Shown: piece by piece, positions 42,443-52,393 of the stretch
Numbering within the stretch: the stretch's first letter is position 1
How the letters are laid out: every line of letters begins with the position of its first letter
DNA from: an uncultured Nitrososphaeraceae archaeon
GTDB taxonomy: Archaea; Thermoproteota; Nitrososphaeria; Nitrososphaerales; Nitrososphaeraceae
Direction: 5' to 3'
Assembly: GCA_963779615.1 (NCBI GenBank)
Contig: CAVZZA010000005.1
Coordinates: 736,001-800,000 of the forward strand
Length of the DNA stretch: 64,000 nt
The notes under the pieces: generated by a model
The model's database searches: none
The model's input: the letters and a program-made list of their open reading frames with translations, nothing else
Told to the model about the DNA's origin: nothing
Translations under genes and position numbers: made by a program

Positions 42443-42598
42443 ATGACCATGGCATGTTTAAGATGTGGCAAGTTAATGGTGTGGTTAAATGGCTCCATTA
42501 GTCATACTCATGACACCAATTACTACGAATGCAGAAATTGTAAAATAAAAGTTATCAAGCATTCTGATGACAAAATAACAGAAATAGAAGAAAATTAA
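42443..42598 (+). CDS. Zinc-ribbon microprotein, 51 aa, not in ORF track
   Basis: MTMACLRCGKLMVWLNGSISHTHDTNYYECRNCKIKVIKHSDDKITEIEEN; two CxxC; TTTAATA box at 42411; alternative ATGs 42437 and 42449. Confidence 0.75.
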   Translation: MTMACLRCGKLMVWLNGSISHTHDTNYYECRNCKIKVIKHSDDKITEIEEN

Positions 42599-43303
42599 TG
42601 GCAGCATATTCATGCAGGTAAAAACAAAAAAAACCCTAAATAAAAACAGTAAGGCAATAAACGATTTATAATGAAAATCAAGTTTCATGCATAATGAGTT
42701 ATTTTCCGCAGCAGCCACCGGCAATTGATTTTCTTTCTTGTATCACAAAAGCCACAGACAATGCCCTAAAATAAACTGAAATATCAATACATATCAACTA
42801 CTTGGTAAATGAAATGATAATTAAAGTTCAGCACCTGTTGTTTCAAATTTTTGTAGGCACAGATAAAAAAAGACAATGTGCATAGAAAATCCTGATTTTG
42901 CTAAATTGATTTAAAACACAACATTACAAGGATTGTAATTGACAACACACGTGATAGATTTCAAATCAGCTAAAGGCAATAATTTAACGAGTGTTTTTCG
43001 TAAATAACAACCAAGTTGTTTTACATCATCCTAGCAGTCGAATTTGCCATAAAAAACAACAACCTCCACCATCTTATTCACGGGTTACCAATGAGCGGAT
43101 GAAAGAAAGACACGGATGGCAAATTCATTTGTTTGTGGGTATTTAAGGCCAAAATTCTCCAATTTTATAACATCCAATGTATAGCATTGATTTATTTATA
43201 GCATTGTTGTAAATGACATAAAATAAATAAGAGATTCAAACTGCAATACACAGTGTTTTCCGTCTTCAACAGGTCATGGAAAATTCTATCCACATAAAGG
43301 ATT

Positions 43304-44497
43304 ATGTCAAGCACTCAAGAAATTAAAAAAAAATTGGAAAACAGGTGGACTCAATTTCTAAATTCAAACTCATCAAAACTAAGAGTAAAAAATCTTTCCG
43401 GTGCTTCACCACCATCAGTTTTTGTCGGACAGCATGGATATCCAAAAGTGAAGGTCGGGCCAATGACACCGCCGTTGCATGGAGACACCACAATACTTGA
43501 CAGTCCAGAAAAATGGATTGGAAAAAACATCGAGGAAATTGCAAGTTATCGTTTGTCTCTTGTGAGAGGGGTATGCAATGTTAATATAAATACAATCTCT
43601 GAGAGATATGTAGAATCATTGCAAGAATTGGCTATGGCAAATCGCCCGGCTGAAAGTGAGTTATTATTTGATAAAATACCGGCTATAGACATTGAGCAAA
43701 AAAAGAACTTTGGTTTTGATGCAGATTCTGCCCCTTACGGGCTCATCGCGCCATTAAAAACTTTTAAAACATCTTCATCACTTTCGGTAGACAGGAGAAT
43801 AGAAGACGCTTTTTATGATAAGGATATGCTAGCGACACAAGCAGTAGCCAACCTATATCATCAAGGAGTAGAGGTTAGCAAAATTAACCGGATTTTAAGC
43901 ATGGGCATGATTGGACTCCAAAAGAACAGAAAATTGGTTCCAACCAAGTGGAGTATTTCTGCCACCGATGATATAATCTCTTCAGAATTGACAAAGGAGA
44001 TAGAAAGCCATCAATCCATTGATTTTTTTGAGGTCTATCGATACGCTCATCTGGGTAACCATTATTCAATTATTTTGATTCCGTATGATGTTTGGACCTT
44101 TGAGATGCAAGAAGCATGGATTGACGGTAATGGAAATTTGGGAATGGGAACAGATTTTGAGGACTCAATCGGGGGATTGAATCACCACCCATCTATTGCC
44201 GGAGCATACTTTGCAGCAAGACTATCAATATCAGAATACCTATACAAAATAAACAGGAAGGCAGCAGTGTTAGCCTTGAGGGAGATTCATCCCCAATACG
44301 TTATTCCAGTTGGGGTTTGGCAGATAAGGGAGGGAATTAGGGAGGCATTAAGAGGTTTTGGCAGAAGGTTTGAAAATTTTGGGAATGCCCTATCGTTTGC
44401 TTGTAATTTTTTATCCACATCCAAAAATGAATGGATTAAAAATAGTAAAATATACAGCATTGTAAAAGAACAAAAAAAGATATCGGACTATTTTTAG
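43304..44497 (+). CDS. nreA: Nre-family DNA repair protein
   Basis: GASPPSVFVG..GYPKV, RKLVPTKWSISATD, GAYFAARL, PVGVWQIRE, C-terminal PIP box QKKISDYF. Confidence 0.93.
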   Translation: MSSTQEIKKKLENRWTQFLNSNSSKLRVKNLSGASPPSVFVGQHGYPKVKVGPMTPPLHGDTTILDSPEKWIGKNIEEIASYRLSLVRGVCNVNINTISERYVESLQELAMANRPAESELLFDKIPAIDIEQKKNFGFDADSAPYGLIAPLKTFKTSSSLSVDRRIEDAFYDKDMLATQAVANLYHQGVEVSKINRILSMGMIGLQKNRKLVPTKWSISATDDIISSELTKEIESHQSIDFFEVYRYAHLGNHYSIILIPYDVWTFEMQEAWIDGNGNLGMGTDFEDSIGGLNHHPSIAGAYFAARLSISEYLYKINRKAAVLALREIHPQYVIPVGVWQIREGIREALRGFGRRFENFGNALSFACNFLSTSKNEWIKNSKIYSIVKEQKKISDYF

Positions 44498-44909
44498 GCT
44501 TTGGTTGAAAATAAAAAGGGTATTACTTTAACTATTATAAAGTAAAGAATATTCAAAGATAAAGAAACAAGACGTATTGGTTTGGATTGTCACATATTAC
44601 AAATTTCAAATATATAGTTGTTCTTTTGATGCCTTATTCATTTGTTTATTTTTTCCATGTTTTTTTTAGTAATGTAATGGCACATTACATTGAGAATCAA
44701 CAAGATCCGTTTCAAAAAAAGTGTATGAAAATTTTGGTGCAATGTAAATTTTCATGATTATAAATCATATTTTAAAAAGTTTTAAGGTGATTGGGTATAA
44801 AAATACACAACCGCATTCGATATAACGTTATAGGAAATACAAAAATTATCGGGTGATTTAAAATAACTTTGTTAATAAACTCTATATAATATGGAAAATT
44901 ATCTCCATT

Positions 44910-45971
44910 ATGGAAGCATCAAGAATTATCACGCCAAGGGAGCCTTTAGAGATTAAAGAATTAGAAACCCCAAAACCAATGGGGTCACAAGTTCTTGTTA
45001 AAGTTCAATCATCAGGTGTCTGTCATAGTGATATACATTTATGGGAGGGAGGATATGCAGGCCCGGGTGGAACGTTTCTAAAGACCACAGACAGGGGAGT
45101 CAAATATCCAGTGACACCAGGGCATGAAATCGCAGGGCTGGTAACAGAAATGGGTGATGAGGCCAAGGAAAACTTTAGGCAGGACGAAAAAGTGCTTGTG
45201 TATCCATGGATAGGTGAGGGACTTTGTCCCGCATGCAGAATAGGCGAGGAGAACCTTTGTGATAATCCAAGATCACTTGGGATTTACAGGGATGGGGGAT
45301 ATGCTGAATACGTGCTGGTTCCAAGCTACCGATACCTCCTAAGGCTACCAAATGAAATAGACATGGATGCAGCATCAACTTTATCCTGTTCTGCGCTTAC
45401 GGCGTATGGTGCAGTTAAGAATACAGGAATAAAACCAGATAACAATATAGTGGTTGTTGGAGCAGGCGGGCTGGGCCTGATGGCAATACAGTTGGCCAAG
45501 GCGATATTTGGCGCAAGAATAATTGCGTTAGATTTAGGGGATGAGAAGCTGAAAATAGCAAAGGAGAATGGTGCTGATGAGACAATCAATACAAAGAATG
45601 ATGATAGCTTTATTCAAAGGATAATGGAATTGACCGATAACAAAGGCGCAGATGCAGTAATTGACTTTGTAAACGCCTCAAAAACCGTGGAAGCGGACAT
45701 GCAGTTCTTAAGAAGAAGGGCCAAAGTGGTGTTAGTAGGGCTTTTTGGCGGTGAACTAAAACTAAACCTAGTCTCAATGCCAACAAAGGCGTACAGGATA
45801 ATAGGTTCATATACAGGAACCATACAGGATATGGCTGAATTGGTTTCACTGGCAAATAGAAAGGTAATAAAACCAGTTGTTTCTGACAGGTTCAAATTAA
45901 GTGAGGCCACAGAGGCTTTAACTAAACTAAAAGAGGGAAAAATCATTGGTAGAGGGGTCATAAATCCTTGA
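44910..45971 (+). CDS. Zn-dependent alcohol dehydrogenase
   Basis: GVCHSD, GHE, structural Zn E..CPAC..NLC, GAGGLG. Confidence 0.95.
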   Translation: MEASRIITPREPLEIKELETPKPMGSQVLVKVQSSGVCHSDIHLWEGGYAGPGGTFLKTTDRGVKYPVTPGHEIAGLVTEMGDEAKENFRQDEKVLVYPWIGEGLCPACRIGEENLCDNPRSLGIYRDGGYAEYVLVPSYRYLLRLPNEIDMDAASTLSCSALTAYGAVKNTGIKPDNNIVVVGAGGLGLMAIQLAKAIFGARIIALDLGDEKLKIAKENGADETINTKNDDSFIQRIMELTDNKGADAVIDFVNASKTVEADMQFLRRRAKVVLVGLFGGELKLNLVSMPTKAYRIIGSYTGTIQDMAELVSLANRKVIKPVVSDRFKLSEATEALTKLKEGKIIGRGVINP

Positions 45972-47377
45972 GCATAAAAACGATAAACCCATCAACAGAG
46001 GAGGTAATTCAAGAATATAATACCGCATCAAAAGACGAAATAAGCCAAAAGACAAAGAAAGCGAAAGACGCATTTGGGCAATGGAAAAAGGACCATAAAA
46101 AGCGAACTGGTTTTCTGTATGCATTTGCTGGCGAGTTTAGAAAAAACAAGGAGAGTTTGGCAAAAATTGCCACCATGGAGATGGGAAAAGCTATCAAGGA
46201 ATCACGAGCAGAGGTAGAAAAATGCATTTGGGCAATGGAATATTTTGCAGATAATGGAAAAATCTTTCTAACAGATGAAATAATAAATACAGAGGCAAGA
46301 AAGAGTACCGTTTCCTTTGAGCCCCTTGGGGTCATAGCAAGCCTCATGCCATGGAACTTTCCGTACTGGCAAGCGTTAAGGTTTGCTGCACCCTCCCTTA
46401 TTGCAGGAAATACAATTATCTTAAAGCCGTCTAGTGTTACGATGCAATGCGGCATCCAGATGGAAAAAATATTTGAAAAGGTAGGCTTGCCAGATGGTGT
46501 ATTTCAAACACTTGTTGCGTCATCCAAAGAAGCGGAATATCTGATAGATTCTGATAACGTTGACGCGGTAACCTTTACAGGGAGTGTTCCGGTTGGGGCC
46601 AAAGTGGCACAAAGGGCAACAGCGCAGCTAAAGAAAACCGTTCTGGAGCTAGGGGGCAGCGATCCATTCATAGTTTGCGAGGATGCGGATATAGAGAAGG
46701 CATCTTCAGGAGCAGTAAAGGGAAGGTTTATCAATTGTGGGCAGAGTTGCATAGCATCCAAACGCTTTATTGTTGTAAAGAAGATCGCAAACGAATTTAT
46801 AGAAAAATTTGTAGAAAAGACCGAAAAACTCAAGGTAGGGGATCCATTGTCTGATGATACCGATGTTGGTCCACTGGTCAACGCCCAAGCTGTAGAGAGC
46901 ATAGAGGGGATTGTCAAGAGGTCAATTAAGGAAGGTGCCCAACTACTTACAGGAGGTCACCGAAAAGATATAAAAATAAACGGCAGCGTAAAAGGGTATT
47001 TCTACAGTCCAACAATTTTTAAAGGTGTTACTCAAGATATGGAATTATCACAGGAGGAGACCTTTGGGCCAATTGCACCCATATTAACCGTAGACGATGA
47101 AGCACAAGCAATAGAAGTAGCAAATAACACAAAGTTTGGGCTTGGAGCGAGTATCTGGACGCAGGATTTGTCAAAGGCAGAAAGATATTCAAGAGCGGTG
47201 GAAGCCGGCATGGTCACGGTAAACAATGTGGTGGTATCAGACCCAAGGGTTCCCTTTGGAGGCATTAAAAACAGTGGCTTTGGCAGAGAATTGTCAGCAT
47301 ATGGCATTTTAGAATTTGTAAACATAAAATCAGTCAGATTCTATGACCAACTGGTACACCAACACTATGTGGAATAG
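45968..47377 (+). CDS. NAD(P)-dependent aldehyde dehydrogenase (succinate-semialdehyde dehydrogenase-like)
   Basis: MPWNFP, FTGS, LELGGSDP, GQSCIA, EETFGP, PFGGIK.SG; TTGA overlap with ADH. Confidence 0.95.
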   Translation: MSIKTINPSTEEVIQEYNTASKDEISQKTKKAKDAFGQWKKDHKKRTGFLYAFAGEFRKNKESLAKIATMEMGKAIKESRAEVEKCIWAMEYFADNGKIFLTDEIINTEARKSTVSFEPLGVIASLMPWNFPYWQALRFAAPSLIAGNTIILKPSSVTMQCGIQMEKIFEKVGLPDGVFQTLVASSKEAEYLIDSDNVDAVTFTGSVPVGAKVAQRATAQLKKTVLELGGSDPFIVCEDADIEKASSGAVKGRFINCGQSCIASKRFIVVKKIANEFIEKFVEKTEKLKVGDPLSDDTDVGPLVNAQAVESIEGIVKRSIKEGAQLLTGGHRKDIKINGSVKGYFYSPTIFKGVTQDMELSQEETFGPIAPILTVDDEAQAIEVANNTKFGLGASIWTQDLSKAERYSRAVEAGMVTVNNVVVSDPRVPFGGIKNSGFGRELSAYGILEFVNIKSVRFYDQLVHQHYVE

Positions 47378-47537
47378 TAGTTTTTTTCTCATCACACCCC
47401 TTTTTTTCGTTGTTTAAAATAGATTCTATAAACCTTATTTATATAATTTTGACCATATAATTCACTAGTTAATTAGTTTACTCAAATGATTTACTAAAAA
47501 GCAGTAGTATATAATCTATTTTCATCATTGTCATACG

Positions 47538-48242
47538 ATGAATCAACTTTTTAAATTGTTTACGATTTTTCTCCTTACGATAGGATTAGTAATAGTCCCT
47601 GCAATAAGCATTAATCCGATAAGCACTGTAAACGCCCAATCTCAAGCGGCAACACAACAACAAGCATCCTCACCCACATCTTCTCAAAACAGCAGCAAAC
47701 CACAGGTGGGCCAGGTATTTACATTTAATGAAAAAAGCCTTCCACCCAATGATCCTCAAAAATGTGCTGATTTAGCAAGCGTAGTAAAAGGAAAAGCAGT
47801 TCCCGACTATAACTTGTGTGATGTTGTTGTTTATAGACAGGCTCCACCAATCGTTAGACATGACAATCTGGTAATGAATAACTACTCAGGTTTTGGCCAT
47901 TATATCGAGTTTGTACCAGCATCAGTCCTCAATAATACCAGTATGTTTGGCAGCAATAGCTCAAGCAACAACAATGAACCTCTAAAGGCTGCTTTTGGAG
48001 AATTCGCATTAATTGATTCAGAGGTAGTCCCTGTAAGAAATGTAATGGAAAAATACAACTGGACTGAAACAGCATTGCACCACCACATGCTAGGCGAAAC
48101 ACCAAAAGTACTGTTCCTACACTGGGCTGTTACTGGAAATTCCGGTGACATTATCAATCAAGCCAAGGAAATCATGATGCAAACATCCACCTATCAAAAC
48201 CTAACAGGCAATACAAGAACCCCTAGCTCAGCTGGGCCATAA
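47538..48242 (+). CDS. Secreted DUF1259-like protein
   Basis: Signal peptide, Gln/Ser linker, GEFALIDSEV.PV and TALHHHMLGETPKVLFLHW motifs. Confidence 0.7.
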   Translation: MNQLFKLFTIFLLTIGLVIVPAISINPISTVNAQSQAATQQQASSPTSSQNSSKPQVGQVFTFNEKSLPPNDPQKCADLASVVKGKAVPDYNLCDVVVYRQAPPIVRHDNLVMNNYSGFGHYIEFVPASVLNNTSMFGSNSSSNNNEPLKAAFGEFALIDSEVVPVRNVMEKYNWTETALHHHMLGETPKVLFLHWAVTGNSGDIINQAKEIMMQTSTYQNLTGNTRTPSSAGP

Positions 48243-48643
48243 ATTTTTTATTTTTTTTTAAGGAAACTTTAACATACACATCATCAGTATCCAATTATTT
48301 GATTTTTTAGTTTCAAAAAACGTGCACTGAATATTGCACCAGGACAAATGCTAAAACAACAGCAGCAGCAATGATAGACTTGTAATCTCTACAAAATTAT
48401 CGAATAAAAAAATTGGGCATACTAACAATTTCTGCATAAAAAAAAGAATGTGTAATTCAGGCCTATGAAAATAAAAAAGATAACATTATAACCATTATTC
48501 AATTCACCCTGTACACTGATCATTATTATTTTATTTTGAACAATCATTATGATGACTTGGGTTTAGGACTTTGATAAAAGATAAAGATATTTTTCGGAAA
48601 AATGGTTAAATACGTCAAAAATTAAGGTTAAGGTTAAGGTCAA

Positions 48644-49042
48644 GTGTTATTGCCCAAATCAATACTGATAATAGATGACGATATGGACATGGTAATTATT
48701 TTCAAGAGTGGTTTTGAAAAAGCTGGTTACAATGCCATTTCCTTTACAGACCCCTTGTTAGCTATTGAACACTTTAAATCAAATCCCACCTTTTACTCGT
48801 TAATTTTAACAGATTTAAGAATGCCGAATAAGTCAGGAATAGAACTTGCCAATGAAATAAGGAAAATAAGCACTACAGTCGATATTTGGCTAACTACCGC
48901 ATTTATGTTAGAAGATTTTAGCAATGATTCAAGGTTTAAGTCTGCAAAAATCAACAGAATCATTGAAAAACCAATCAAAGTGTCAAACCTAATCAAGTTG
49001 ATTAATAACGAAATAGTCTCCACGGTTAAGTCAGGTCAATAG
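48644..49042 (+). CDS. Stand-alone response regulator receiver
   Basis: ILIIDDD, LTDLRMP (phospho-Asp), TA, EKP. Confidence 0.93.
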   Translation: MLLPKSILIIDDDMDMVIIFKSGFEKAGYNAISFTDPLLAIEHFKSNPTFYSLILTDLRMPNKSGIELANEIRKISTTVDIWLTTAFMLEDFSNDSRFKSAKINRIIEKPIKVSNLIKLINNEIVSTVKSGQ

Positions 49043-49479
49043 GTGGATTAAATTGCCGCTTGACCATCACAAAAAATAGATGATTTTCAAGCAACCAAAT
49101 CCTGTAAAATGCATATAATCATAACAGGCAATCTATAATTTTTTGAATGACTCTAATTGGTGGCAGTCGTGTTTTTTAATTTACCTTCATCCTCCTGCAT
49201 AAAATTTTATTCTGTACAAAAAAACAAAAGGTAATTTTATTCAATAAAAGATTCCAAAGACCAAATAAAGTCCAACTCCTTTTATAATAAAATTACAAGG
49301 TAAAATAAAGATATCACGACGTAAAATTACTAGATTTACCCACAACAAGTAAAAAACACCATATTTTTCATATGATGTGCATGTCATTTTTGGTTTTGTC
49401 CCTGCCAATTGATTTAGTTAAAAGAATCATCAGCCAATGTGACCTGCCGGCTATGATGGCATTATTGGGGAATAATATG

Positions 49480-49506
49480 TGGTGGTGGTGGTGGTGGTGG
49501 TGGTGG
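49480..49506. repeat. (TGG)9 microsatellite in a G-rich tract
   Basis: Nine TGG units; further GGT/GGA-rich sequence to about 49610. Confidence 0.9.
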
Positions 49507-49677
49507 GAATTGTTATTGATGGTGTCCCGCCTGGCGATATGGGATTGTGTCAATGGCGGTGGAGTGGTGACTGGAGTTATTGGTGGTGGCAAATAAGGAG
49601 GGGTGAGGGTATGCTGAAAATGCAAAAGTATAGAAAGAATAATTCATCATTTTGTCGTATCCAAGGTTTATATCCTG

Positions 49678-50526
49678 TTGAACTTTAAAAAGAAAAAAAA
49701 AGGTAACAAGAACAAATTCAGAGGAAAAATCATATTAATAACAGGAGCGTCGTCTGGGATTGGAAGGCAGGCAGCTATTGATTTTGCAGAGCGCGGTGCG
49801 CAAACCATCATACTTGTGGCCCGATCGGAGACAAAACTAAAAGAGCTTGAAAAAGCACTGAGGTCAAACTTTACATCCGAAATAGTAGCATATCCATGCG
49901 ACATATCAAGAAAAGCAGATGTTGCAAAAATGGGAAAAGAATTGCTTGAAAAATTTGGGCACATAGATATTTTGGTAAATAATGCGGGTTTTGGAACATA
50001 CAGTAAAATTCAGAATCAAAGTATTGAAGAAATAGAATCAGTCACATTCACAAACTACTTTGGCATGGTTTATTGTACTAAATCATTTTTGAATTCCATG
50101 ACCTCAAGGAGATCCGGGCACATAGTTAATGTTGCATCGGTTGCCGCAAGTTTTGGAGTCGCTGGACTGGCGGCATACTGTGCCTCAAAATATGCAATGC
50201 TGGGGTTCTCAGAATCAGTATATCAAGAACTGCACGGGACAGGCGTAGGCATAACGGTGGTAAGTCCAATTGGCGTAAAGACAAACTTTTTCAGTAATGA
50301 ATCATTTAGAAACCACATACCAAACTATACAAACTTTATGCTAGAGCCAAAGAAAGTATCGGAGGCCATTCTTGCAGCAGCAAACTCTCCTCGCCTTGAG
50401 ATAATAGTTCCTTTTTACATGAGAGCAGGAGTATGGTTTAAGCACACAATACCATACATCGTCAACCCAATAGTTGGCTTCATTTTTAGAAGACAGCTAA
50501 ATAAATCAAAGAAAACACCACTATAA
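49678..50526 (+). CDS. Short-chain dehydrogenase/reductase
   Basis: TGASSGIG, NNAG, catalytic S and YCASK. Confidence 0.95.
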   Translation: MNFKKKKKGNKNKFRGKIILITGASSGIGRQAAIDFAERGAQTIILVARSETKLKELEKALRSNFTSEIVAYPCDISRKADVAKMGKELLEKFGHIDILVNNAGFGTYSKIQNQSIEEIESVTFTNYFGMVYCTKSFLNSMTSRRSGHIVNVASVAASFGVAGLAAYCASKYAMLGFSESVYQELHGTGVGITVVSPIGVKTNFFSNESFRNHIPNYTNFMLEPKKVSEAILAAANSPRLEIIVPFYMRAGVWFKHTIPYIVNPIVGFIFRRQLNKSKKTPL

Positions 50527-50699
50527 TATCTCAGCCTACATTCATGTTGACTCGAATAGAACACGTAGTTTTGATTATTGGCTTCAATGCTATTCATTGT
50601 TGCATATGCATAAAAAAAAGACAGCCAGTCTTCTTTATGATTATTTTTTGACTTTGGTGCGCATATGCACACACCTTAATAAAAAAGGAATTGAAGGAC

Positions 50700-51716
50700 C
50701 TAATGGTCAGCAAAGTCATTATATAAAACTATACGATAACGCGCTTTACCTGATTCCAGGTGCGCCAAAGCCTCATTAACCTTTGAGAGAGGAAACTCTT
50801 CCGTAACAGGCTCTATGTTATGGCGATTGCAAAAATCAAGCATACTTAAAATCGTTGCTGGCCCCCCGGTTGGTGACCCTCCAATGGATCGCTCGGAAGA
50901 AATCAAAGAAAATACCGTTGCTTTCACTTGAGAGGCTGCTCCAACAATGTGTAGTTTGCCGCCTGGACGAAGCGTGTTGATATAGGCGTCCCAATCCAGG
51001 TCGACGTTTGATGTTACTAACACCATATCAAATTTATTTACAGAAGATTTTAAGGTACCAGGGTTTTGGGTATTTAGGAAATTGTGAGCTCCGAACTGTC
51101 GAGCTTCTTTCTCCTTTTCCGGGTTGGTGGAAAATGCAGTAACCTCGCATCCCCATGAATTTAGAAATTTAATGGCCATGTGCCCAAGACCCCCGATTCC
51201 AACTACCGCCACATGGTCTGTAGGTTTGATGTTATTTTGAATGATCGGGTTAAAAACAGTGATTCCACCACAAAACAAAGGACCGGCAGTTTCGGTATCG
51301 AGATTATCAGGTAATGGAAAGGCCCATAACGCTTGGCAACGCACTTTGTCTGCATAACCCCCATGTCTACCGACAATTACATCCTCCCCTTTCAAACAGC
51401 GATTATGGTGTCCACTCAAGCACTGATCACATATCAAGCAGGATCGAGCTCGCCATCCAAGTCCTACATGTTGTCCAATTTCAAGGTGTTTTACCATAGA
51501 TCCTATTGCAGACACCTTGCCAACAACTTCGTGTCCTGGTACAAATGGGTATTGTGTAAGTCCCCATTCGTTTTTAAGCATATGTAAATCACTGTGGCAT
51601 ACACCGCAATACTCCACATCGATCTCTATTTCATCGGGTTTCAAAGAACCTGGATCATATTCAAATGCTTCAAGTTTTCCACCGGGTTTATGAGACGCAT
51701 AAGCATGAATTGTCAT
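50700..51716 (-). CDS. Zn-dependent NADPH aldehyde reductase (Ahr/cinnamyl-ADH-like)
   Basis: CGVCHSD, GHE, CLICDQC..C, GPLFCGGITV, GIGGLGH; start MTIHAYAS at 51716 behind GGAGGTG, so the track start 51947 is over-extended. Confidence 0.93.
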   Translation of the reverse strand: MTIHAYASHKPGGKLEAFEYDPGSLKPDEIEIDVEYCGVCHSDLHMLKNEWGLTQYPFVPGHEVVGKVSAIGSMVKHLEIGQHVGLGWRARSCLICDQCLSGHHNRCLKGEDVIVGRHGGYADKVRCQALWAFPLPDNLDTETAGPLFCGGITVFNPIIQNNIKPTDHVAVVGIGGLGHMAIKFLNSWGCEVTAFSTNPEKEKEARQFGAHNFLNTQNPGTLKSSVNKFDMVLVTSNVDLDWDAYINTLRPGGKLHIVGAASQVKATVFSLISSERSIGGSPTGGPATILSMLDFCNRHNIEPVTEEFPLSKVNEALAHLESGKARYRIVLYNDFADH

Positions 51717-51779
51717 AACAATACACCTCCCCCATCGCATGTATAAATAATTAGTTGTTGCGGTTTTCAGATCTTTCAG

Positions 51780-51968
51780 ATCTGACAAAACCCCCGAATA
51801 GAAAATGACAAGCATGCAAAAGCGGGGTTTGCAAGGATGGATGTAAATGGCGTGTTTGAGGATTTTGATCCTCAGATACGGCTGCAACAATAGATTCATT
51901 GTTGCAGCACTTTTCGGTTGTGTTTTGGTCCATGAGATATCACCCATCTTAAACTTTTTAAGTCAGAT
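51780..51968. ncRNA. Candidate structured RNA or structured DNA element
   Basis: Six mutually nested stems found by eye (see findings); no known family recognised. Confidence 0.4.
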
Positions 51969-51994
51969 GCAGTTTGCTGCGGAGGTGAATCCAG

Positions 51995-52300
51995 TTATGG
52001 GAATATGTCCACAAATGTTTTTATAAATTTTCTTTTAGCCACCTTAAGCGCATTTTCTCCTTTCTCTGTCAAAGTATACACTATGGTTTTTCCCTCTTTT
52101 TCCTCAACAATAAACCCCATCTCACGCAGGCCCTTTAATGCGGGATATATTGTTCCTGGACTTGGTTTTTTTTCCCCTTTTCTGGTGGCTATCTCATGGG
52201 CCAATTCTTGTCCGTGCATGGGTTTTTTTGACAACAAAAAAAGAATTAGAAAGCCCAGCATTCCCCTCATATCGCAACAGTCCCCTTCACTTTCCCGCAT
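51995..52300 (-). CDS. PadR-family transcriptional regulator
   Basis: MRGMLGFLIL.LL..PMHG, SPGTIYPAL, YTLTEKG; start MRESEGDCC at 52300. Confidence 0.93.
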   Translation of the reverse strand: MRESEGDCCDMRGMLGFLILFLLSKKPMHGQELAHEIATRKGEKKPSPGTIYPALKGLREMGFIVEEKEGKTIVYTLTEKGENALKVAKRKFIKTFVDIFP

Positions 52301-52313
52301 ATAATATATATGA

Positions 52314-52371
52314 TATTGGGTATACGATATATATAAATACACCTTGTTTGTTATATATCGTATGTCCGATG
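52314..52371. promoter_or_regulatory. Candidate PadR operators in a divergent promoter
   Basis: 12-bp inverted repeat ATACGATATATA (52322-52333) / TATATATCGTAT (52352-52363); each arm lies in a degenerate TATCGG-N4-CCGATA palindrome. Confidence 0.65.
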
Positions 52372-52393
52372 GATGGATGAGGAGGTGAAAAAC

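Noticed and set aside
51717-51947. N-terminal extension of the aldehyde reductase in the ORF track
   Set aside because: Not ADH-like; SD plus ATG at 51716 gives a normal length. The PadR extension to 52438 is rejected for the same reason
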